Origin: an uncultured Flavobacteriales bacterium
GTDB lineage: Bacteria; Bacteroidota; Bacteroidia; Flavobacteriales; Flavobacteriaceae
Assembly (NCBI GenBank): GCA_963976005.1
Contig: CAXBJF010000011.1
Span: 11,276 to 75,275 of the forward strand
Direction of reading: 5' to 3'
Length of the DNA stretch: 64,000 nucleotides
Shown here piece after piece: positions 57,316 to 64,000 of this stretch. A program made the position numbers and the translations under genes. The number at the start of each line of letters is the position of its first letter. Position 1 is the first letter of the stretch. The notes beneath the pieces were generated by a model. That model had not been told where the DNA came from. It searched no databases and saw only the letters and a program-made list of their open reading frames with translations.

Positions 57316-58017
57316 TTAATTCACATTAAATTTCCAAATTTGCCCTATCGTTTTTGCCCCAAAATTATCTAGAGTGTTGACTTTCCAATAATATGTTTTA
57401 CCAGAAACTAAATTAACATTTGAAGTTTCAGTTGTCAAACCGCTAACAATTAAAGGAGGGTCTGAAGTTTCTCCAAAAAATAAATCGTAAGTTAATAGAT
57501 CTCCTGTATTTGTATCTCCCCCAGCCCAATCTAAACTTATAGTACCAGCATTCACATTCACATCATAATCTGGACTAACCAAAGCTGCCGTAAATGGCGC
57601 ATAATTTGACACACCTGCTCCTGCTGTATAAAATGCCAATGTTTCTGTTGGTTCTGCTTCATTACCTTTACTATCCATTGCTGTTACGCTCCAATAATAA
57701 GCAACTGCTTTCTCAAGCTCAATATTAATTTTTATGCTTGTAGATGTTCTCTGTTCAACAATTTCATTTAAATTTCTATCCCTAGCTATTGTAAGCCTGT
57801 ATTTAACCGTATCGCCATCAGGATCTGTTGTGGCAATCCATTCAAAAGCAATATTATTATCTATACATAATAAATTTGCAGATGGATAAATTAATTGTGT
57901 TTGTGGTGGGGCAACATTAACTGGAGCTGCCGGTGGGTCATCTCCACCGCCTCCACAAGCAATAATTACCAATGCAAGTGTAGTTATTACTAAATAAGTT
58001 TTAAACGTATTTTTCAT
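57316..58017 (-). CDS. Lipoprotein with two Ig/Fn3-like domains
   Basis: Lipobox IIAC followed by GGGGDD; two repeats ending 'YYWSV' and 'YYWKV'. Confidence 0.75.
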   Translation of the reverse strand: MKNTFKTYLVITTLALVIIACGGGGDDPPAAPVNVAPPQTQLIYPSANLLCIDNNIAFEWIATTDPDGDTVKYRLTIARDRNLNEIVEQRTSTSIKINIELEKAVAYYWSVTAMDSKGNEAEPTETLAFYTAGAGVSNYAPFTAALVSPDYDVNVNAGTISLDWAGGDTNTGDLLTYDLFFGETSDPPLIVSGLTTETSNVNLVSGKTYYWKVNTLDNFGAKTIGQIWKFNVN

Positions 58018-58116
58018 GTGTTTATATTTATTGTTTTAATGGTCACATGGAACATCCTTTTAAAAGCATTCCCTTTGGTATCGAGAATTCGATATGGATG
58101 TTTCATCTCCTAAATA

Positions 58117-61100
58117 TTATTTAATGATTTTAAAAACCTTTGGTTTTTCAATATTAACTTTTACAAAATAGATTCCGCTATCAAACTTTTCAAAAGGAAT
58201 TTCTATAAAATTAGATTGCCCTTTATTTAAAATTTGATTAAATACCAATTTTCCGCCAATGTTATAAATTTGAACAGGAATTTGTTTGTCATTACTAAAA
58301 GGCAAAGTCACTTTTAGCAAGTTAACCACTGGATTTGGGCTAGCTGCAACTTTTTCAAAGCTTTCTTTATTTATCATTGTTTTAAACGTTCCTTCACAAG
58401 CCTTAGCAGATGATATCTCAAGAGTTCCAGAAATTGGGGTTTCTATTTCGAAAGATTTCTCACTTGTTGTTCTTAAAGTTTGACCATTAAAGGTCACGTT
58501 AAATGGAGGGGTTCCTTGATCTATTATGATGGATGTTTTATCAGAATTATCCTCGATTTTTCCTAATACAACATTTAATACTTCAGCTACATCAATATTA
58601 ATTTCAAAACATTGTTCAAAATCCTTTCCATCAACTGAAACACAGACTATATATGACCCAACCGCAATATCCACAAAGCTATAAGAACCTACAAACCCTT
58701 CTGATAAATTAAAACCGGTACCGGTAAGTGTTGCTGTATAAGTTACATAAGTCTCTTTAGTTGTTATATTAATAATCCCATTGTTTAAACCTTGACATGT
58801 CTCAGATATTATTTCCAGAGAAATATTATCTGGCGCTTCATAACTTGTATCGCAAAGATCCCCAATACCATTCCCATTTGTATCTTGCTGATCGGGATTG
58901 GCTAATTCCATACAATTATCTTCTAAATCAATAATACCATCATTATCAAAATCTTCACAAGCATCTCCAATGCCATTTCCGTCAGCATCTATTTGATCAA
59001 AATTCAATCTCTCTGGGCAATTATCGTTTATATCTATTATTGAATCTTTATCTGTATCTTGACAAACATCCCCAATACCATTTCCATCAATATCTGCTTG
59101 ATCGGTATTGGCAAACTCTGGACAATTATCAATTCCGTTAGGTACCGTATCTCCATCTAAATCTCCATTGGGATCTAAAGTGAATTCTCCAGAAAAAACA
59201 CCCCTGCCATAAGTTGATGCAAATACCATGTTATCATTTCTTAGATCCAAATCCGTCACTTTTACGTTGCTCATCCCGTTAAAAGCAGAATTCCAATCTG
59301 GAGCATCGGCCGAAAAATTATCTGTGTACCAAACACCTAGATCGGTGCCAACTATAACTTCGTTACTATTTAATGGGTTTTGCAAAATGGCCTTTACAGG
59401 TAAATCTGGCAAATTACCTTCTTTGTTTTTCCAGTTGGCACCCCCATCATTGGTATACCAAACATTAACTACACCATAATTATGCATCGTAACAAAAATT
59501 TCATATTCATTTCTGCCAAACTCGATATCAGAAACACTTCCTACAAAACTGGATCCCGAAATTTCATTCCAAATAGGTGTGCCGCCTTCTGCTTTTTCAA
59601 TTTTTAACACGTCTCCTAAAATTGTTCCAACATACAGCGTAGAGGATGTTTTTGTATAGGGAGACACCGTTAATGCCGTTGGTCTCGATGTTAATAGATT
59701 GTTCGTTAGATCAACTTTAATAAGTGTGGAAGCATCTTTAATTCCAGAGTATCTTTTTATAATAGCATTTGCTCCAGATGAATAATTGGAATATAAAATA
59801 TTCAAATTAGAATCTAATGCTTCAGGATTGATAAAAGAACCTTGAGCCGTACTTTCGTCATTTATAGTAACCCATTCACCTGTATCATAATCAAACAAGT
59901 ATATACCATCGTTATAAACAACATTGGCAATAAAATATCTATCAATTCCATCTTGATCGAAAAAACTAAAAGCCCCATCGCCACCTACTGCCCTAAATGA
60001 TTCATCAGGGCCATTTGGGTTTGAACTTTGAAAAACTTGTGTGCCATTATCTTGGGCGCCTGCAAGAAAATAATCCCCTGTTAATGCCGTTGTTGGTGCA
60101 ACACCCACAGTGTAAAATTGTGTGACATTATAGCCATTATTGCGCTCCTCAATGGTAATCCCGCCATCACCGGAATAATATACACCGCCATCATTTCCAA
60201 AGAGTATTTTGCTAATATCTTCATTACCAAAAACAATAACGTGTTGGTCTGGATGAACTTCATTCAATCCAGTACTTGAATAATATTCAGTAATTTGGGA
60301 CCAAGTAGCTCCCGAATCTACCGTTTTAAATAAGTCAATCCCCCCAACATATACTATGGCATCATCTAATGGGTTTGCCTTAATAATTAAATCATAAAAT
60401 GCTTGCCCATTGGTAAAATCGTTTGCCGGTATTCCATCATATACATCGTTGGGCAAAGTCATACTGGTTGTGGATGTAAAACCATCCTCGGTTTTTTCCA
60501 TAATTATGGGTGAAGTACCAGAGCCTTCTGCTAAAACATAAATTTTTTGTGCATCACTTGATGACGTTGTAATTTGTGTTCTATTACCTTCTGTGATTTC
60601 ATAAGTTTTTTCAAATGTTACCCCATCTGATGATGATAACACAGTACCTCCGCCATCGCCAAAAACTGTACTATTAATCGTAGATATCCAAATTTTATTA
60701 TCCGCTCCTACCTCAATATCATTGGGGCAGTACTTGTTTCCATTTGTTGTAAGTCCTAATGAAATTTCCTCCCAATTTAAACCACCATCAATAGATTTAT
60801 ATAATCCGAATTCTGGCCCACCAAGAAACGTTGTTGCATTGGCATCGGAATAGAATGAATCTCCTGCTGCTGCATATATTTCAGATACACCTGCGTTATC
60901 CCTAATTACGATATCATTTATGTGCTGAATGCCTGGAACAAGAATCCCTGTGAAATCACCATTTCTTGGGTTTAAGGATACGTTGACTGTTTCTGTGATT
61001 AAAGTCGTTTCTATTAAATCTCCATCTGCCTTGGTAATCATAACAGCTGGAATAGTAATAGAAGCATCCGATCCACCCATAGGAGTTGGAGCACCATCTA

Positions 61101-62082
61101 TATTATTCATAACAATAGCCGCGATAGCTCCAGCATTTTGTGCGTTTTTAACTTTATCAGTAAAATTACAGCTTCCTCTTCTAATTAGGGCTATTTTTCC
61201 GTTAATGCTTGCCCCATTAACCAATGCATTACACCCTTCTGTTGGCAATACTGTACTATCATCTACCAATACAACATCTGCCGTAATAACAGCCGTAATT
61301 TGTGATCCAAAATTACTTGTTGGTTGATATAAATAATCTCCAGCAATTGCTACTGGAGAGTTTATCGATAAATTTGTAGCAGATTGATAAAAACTATCCC
61401 CGCTGATCCCTCCAAAAACATTAACCCATGTACTGCCCCTATCAGTTGATTTCCAAACACCATTACCATTAACGTCTCCGCCAACATAAGATTCCCCTGT
61501 ACCAACATAAAAAATATTTAAATTATTAGGATCGTAAGCAATGCTTGAAACGGCTAAATTTTCTGGAATATCCAATTTTTGCCATTGAGATACTGCATTG
61601 GAAATATTCGTGTTTTTCCATAAACCTCCACTAACACCTCCCGCAAAAACAATTTCATTAGTAGCATCATTAGGATCAAACATGACAGCCCTAGTTCTGC
61701 CTCCCACATTATTAGGCCCTCTTTCTATCCAATTGTTATCTGCTTTGTCACCTGGGACTTTTGCAAAACCACCCTGACCTCGTCTCTTAGCGAGTCCTTC
61801 CTGAATATATTTTAAATTTTCTGAAGTAGGTTTTCCTAAAGCAGGGTTCATTGTAAGTTCCCATTGCTCTTCAAAATATTTATTGGGTGGTATCCCCTTT
61901 GCCTTCCTTTGTTCTTTGCTTAGCTTAAGTGTTTCTTTAAATGGGCTATTTCTTAAAAACTCTTCATGTTGCTTTCTCAATTCAGCTATTTTATCATAGG
62001 ATTCATGATTATTGTTTTTTACAATAAAAACCACTGTAATTAAAATAGCAAGTGACAGTAAAGAAAATAAAGTTTTTTTCAT
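58117..62082 (-). CDS. T9SS-secreted protein: BNR/VPS10-like beta-propeller with inserted PA domain, TSP3 repeats and C-terminal T9SS signal
   Basis: 'GPNNVGGRTRA', S-x-D-x-G-x-x-W BNR repeats, PA 'LIRRGSCNFTDKVKNAQNAGA', CTD 'PNPV...IYNIGGK...GIYFVKV...KIIK'. Confidence 0.85.
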   Translation of the reverse strand: MKKTLFSLLSLAILITVVFIVKNNNHESYDKIAELRKQHEEFLRNSPFKETLKLSKEQRKAKGIPPNKYFEEQWELTMNPALGKPTSENLKYIQEGLAKRRGQGGFAKVPGDKADNNWIERGPNNVGGRTRAVMFDPNDATNEIVFAGGVSGGLWKNTNISNAVSQWQKLDIPENLAVSSIAYDPNNLNIFYVGTGESYVGGDVNGNGVWKSTDRGSTWVNVFGGISGDSFYQSATNLSINSPVAIAGDYLYQPTSNFGSQITAVITADVVLVDDSTVLPTEGCNALVNGASINGKIALIRRGSCNFTDKVKNAQNAGAIAAIVMNNIDGAPTPMGGSDASITIPAVMITKADGDLIETTLITETVNVSLNPRNGDFTGILVPGIQHINDIVIRDNAGVSEIYAAAGDSFYSDANATTFLGGPEFGLYKSIDGGLNWEEISLGLTTNGNKYCPNDIEVGADNKIWISTINSTVFGDGGGTVLSSSDGVTFEKTYEITEGNRTQITTSSSDAQKIYVLAEGSGTSPIIMEKTEDGFTSTTSMTLPNDVYDGIPANDFTNGQAFYDLIIKANPLDDAIVYVGGIDLFKTVDSGATWSQITEYYSSTGLNEVHPDQHVIVFGNEDISKILFGNDGGVYYSGDGGITIEERNNGYNVTQFYTVGVAPTTALTGDYFLAGAQDNGTQVFQSSNPNGPDESFRAVGGDGAFSFFDQDGIDRYFIANVVYNDGIYLFDYDTGEWVTINDESTAQGSFINPEALDSNLNILYSNYSSGANAIIKRYSGIKDASTLIKVDLTNNLLTSRPTALTVSPYTKTSSTLYVGTILGDVLKIEKAEGGTPIWNEISGSSFVGSVSDIEFGRNEYEIFVTMHNYGVVNVWYTNDGGANWKNKEGNLPDLPVKAILQNPLNSNEVIVGTDLGVWYTDNFSADAPDWNSAFNGMSNVKVTDLDLRNDNMVFASTYGRGVFSGEFTLDPNGDLDGDTVPNGIDNCPEFANTDQADIDGNGIGDVCQDTDKDSIIDINDNCPERLNFDQIDADGNGIGDACEDFDNDGIIDLEDNCMELANPDQQDTNGNGIGDLCDTSYEAPDNISLEIISETCQGLNNGIINITTKETYVTYTATLTGTGFNLSEGFVGSYSFVDIAVGSYIVCVSVDGKDFEQCFEINIDVAEVLNVVLGKIEDNSDKTSIIIDQGTPPFNVTFNGQTLRTTSEKSFEIETPISGTLEISSAKACEGTFKTMINKESFEKVAASPNPVVNLLKVTLPFSNDKQIPVQIYNIGGKLVFNQILNKGQSNFIEIPFEKFDSGIYFVKVNIEKPKVFKIIK
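58852..59163 (-). repeat. Three thrombospondin type 3 (Ca-binding) repeats, about 35 aa each
   Basis: D.D.D...D..DNC....N.DQ.D.DGNGIGD.C three times. Confidence 0.9.
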
Positions 62083-62122
62083 TTTAATTTTTTCTAAATA
62101 TCCATTATTATAAAAAATCATA

Positions 62123-63466
62123 TTAGTTTATTTGAAACCCTCTTATTTTATTAAATAATAAAATAGCATTACTATCAGACATAATAGAAACAAAACTACA
62201 TACAGTTAAAATTCTTTGATATAAAGAATCTTCGTTTTTTTGGTGAATTTCAGGCAATAATCGTAATATTAAATTGTTGTAATTTGAAGACGAATTTGAA
62301 TAAGAACCGTTAACAGCTGTTATGAAAACGCTTAATAATTCAGACAACACCCTGTAGCCTGCAATTTCCTTTTCAACAACCTCTTTGCTTTGATATACCT
62401 TCTCTACACTTACTTTAATAATGTCATTAATTTGAGCTTCGTATTTACTTTTATCTAATAATGCCGATTGAAACGCACCTTTTAAAATAAATTCCTCATG
62501 ATTCATAAAAATAGTTACCACTTCATTAATTAAGGTGTTTATTGCTAAAGCTCGCAAGTAACTAACTCTGTCTTGTGTGTTTTTTAACTGGTGATATTTC
62601 TTGGTATTTATGGTATCACGCACCAAATTAATTAAGTATTCAAGGGCAAACTCTTCTTGTATAAGACCTAAGTTAATACCGTCTTCAAAATCAATAATCG
62701 TATAGCAAATATCATCGGCTGCTTCGACCAAAAATGCCAAAGGATGACGAGAAAAACTTATATTTTTTTCGCTTCTTTTTACCAAGCCCAATTCATTAGC
62801 CACATTTAAAAACCCGTCTTTTTCAGATTGAAAAAAGCCGTATTTTTTATCGCATATATCCTTGGTTGGTTTTTTAGGCAAGGACTCTTTTGGGTATTTC
62901 ATAAAAGCTCCCAATGTTGCGTAGCTTAATCGTAAACCACCTTCTCTACCTTCTCTGCTATCAGTTAAAATTCTAAAACCGTTCGCATTCCCTTCAAAAT
63001 CACATAAATCTTGATATTCTTTGTCGGTTAATTGCCCTTTAAACTCTTTTCCTTTCCCTGTTTTAAAAAATTCACCTATTGCTTTTTCTCCCGAATGCCC
63101 AAAAGGCGGATTCCCAATATCATGGGCCAAAGATGCTGCAGCTACAATAGCTCCAAAATCATTTGCTTGATAGCCATGAACTGTTTGTAAATGAGGATGT
63201 TTTTCTAATAATTTCTGCCCAACTTTTCTACCAATAGATCGTCCTACCACACTTACTTCCAAGCTATGTGTTAAGCGTGTATGTACAAAATCGGTTTGTG
63301 ACAATGGAATGACTTGTGTTTTATCTTGAAGGCTTCTAAATTCAGAAGAAAAAATTACCCTGTCATAATCCACTTCAAATCCCAAACGGGTTTCATCCTG
63401 TTCTTTTCGAATGCGTTTATTGGTATCGCCAAAGCGTTTTAAGGATAGTAATTGTTCCCAGTTCAT
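62123..63466 (-). CDS. dgt: Deoxyguanosinetriphosphate triphosphohydrolase (HD family)
   Basis: 'LQDKTQV', 'HTRLTHSLEV', 'HDIGNPPFGHSGE' and 'EAADDICY'. Confidence 0.95.
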   Translation of the reverse strand: MNWEQLLSLKRFGDTNKRIRKEQDETRLGFEVDYDRVIFSSEFRSLQDKTQVIPLSQTDFVHTRLTHSLEVSVVGRSIGRKVGQKLLEKHPHLQTVHGYQANDFGAIVAAASLAHDIGNPPFGHSGEKAIGEFFKTGKGKEFKGQLTDKEYQDLCDFEGNANGFRILTDSREGREGGLRLSYATLGAFMKYPKESLPKKPTKDICDKKYGFFQSEKDGFLNVANELGLVKRSEKNISFSRHPLAFLVEAADDICYTIIDFEDGINLGLIQEEFALEYLINLVRDTINTKKYHQLKNTQDRVSYLRALAINTLINEVVTIFMNHEEFILKGAFQSALLDKSKYEAQINDIIKVSVEKVYQSKEVVEKEIAGYRVLSELLSVFITAVNGSYSNSSSNYNNLILRLLPEIHQKNEDSLYQRILTVCSFVSIMSDSNAILLFNKIRGFQIN

Positions 63467-63524
63467 TTTTCAAATTTAGTAGTGGCAAGATAACTAAATT
63501 CAAGAAAAATAACGTGTAAATTTA

Positions 63525-63586
63525 GTAACATTAAGGTAACATTTTAATGACGGTTGTTTAATAATGACATAACATATTGGTAATAT
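63525..63586 (+). promoter_or_regulatory. 11-bp-periodic direct-repeat array (Pho-box / OmpR-PhoB-like)
   Basis: GTAACAT at 63525 and 63536, TTAATAA 63558, ATAACAT 63569, GTAATAT 63580, all in 11-bp phase; 63547 (ATGACGG) is a poor match. Confidence 0.55.
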
Positions 63587-63625
63587 TTAAACTGTTTATT
63601 TGTACCATATTATTATAGATACAAT

Positions 63626-64000
63626 ATGAAACACGTTTTTACATTTTTATTTCTAATGTTTTCAAGTTTAACCTTTGCCCAAAATATGGGTTTAATTGTT
63701 GGAAAAGTAGTTGATAAAGAAATGAATCAAGAGCCTTTAATTTACGCTAATATTTCTATTAAGGGAACGCCTATAGAATCAGATTCAGATATCACAGGAT
63801 TATACATTCTTGAAAATTTAAAAGACGGTAATTATACTTTGGTTTGCAGTTTTATTGGATATGAAACTAAAGAACAAAATATCCAGATAGTTTCTGGTCA
63901 ACCTACTCAAGTTAATTTCTCATTAGAGCCAACCACCATTTCTTTACATGATTTGGCCTCTTTAAATACTATTGCTAAGGATGTTGATAAAATATCTGTA
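63626..64000 (+). CDS. Exported protein with carboxypeptidase-regulatory-like domain, probably a TonB-dependent receptor N-terminus (truncated by window)
   Basis: Hand translation MKHVFTFLFLMFSSLTFA-QNMGLIVGKVVDKEMNQEPLIYANISIKGT...SFIGYET; frame open to the window end. Confidence 0.75.
   Translation, partial: MKHVFTFLFLMFSSLTFAQNMGLIVGKVVDKEMNQEPLIYANISIKGTPIESDSDITGLYILENLKDGNYTLVCSFIGYETKEQNIQIVSGQPTQVNFSLEPTTISLHDLASLNTIAKDVDKISV

Noticed and set aside
60929-61327. Antisense or alternate-frame ORFs (e.g. 2937-3164, 40319-40642, 44929-45294, 47973-48287, 60929-61327)
   Set aside because: They lie fully within long, well-supported genes and have no recognisable motifs, so they are shadow ORFs.
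62123-63466. dGTPase as an anti-phage defence system
   Set aside because: It looks like the ordinary chromosomal dgt; no defence or mobile genes are nearby.

Overview
AT-rich Flavobacteriaceae (Bacteroidota) chromosomal window. Housekeeping loci (rpoN 3' end, exbB-exbD-exbD, tRNA-Ser(GGA), ansA, tatD, sucAB, polyprenyl synthase, TetR-TolC-MFP-RND pump, aspS, tadA, dxs, dgt) surround a 22-kb nitrogen-oxide supercluster (12665-34607). It holds a clade II nos operon (cyt c, fasciclin, nosZ-B-L-D-F-Y), nirK-cytochrome c with FGE-like and SCO genes, cNOR (norCB, a porin, norQD, a hemerythrin-PAS gene, norEF) and a ric/membrane-protein/hemerythrin NO-stress unit, with an Rrf2 regulator at each end. 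Read directly from the DNA, the cluster shows two candidate control layers. One is a four-copy palindrome RGAYW-N4-TRTCY, a likely Rrf2 operator, at the nos, nirK, ric and rrf2 promoters. The other is an FNR-like box exactly 22 nt upstream of the TATTTTTG -7 element at both the nos and nirK promoters. Other notable signals are several nested REP/MITE-like repeat families (one copy in-frame in the sucB linker), an amber stop inside a TonB-dependent receptor signal peptide, a candidate response regulator/sRNA/34-aa protein module, and an 11-bp-periodic Pho-box-like array. No CRISPR array, integrase or transposase was seen. All calls come from reading sequence and motifs; no database searches were run.
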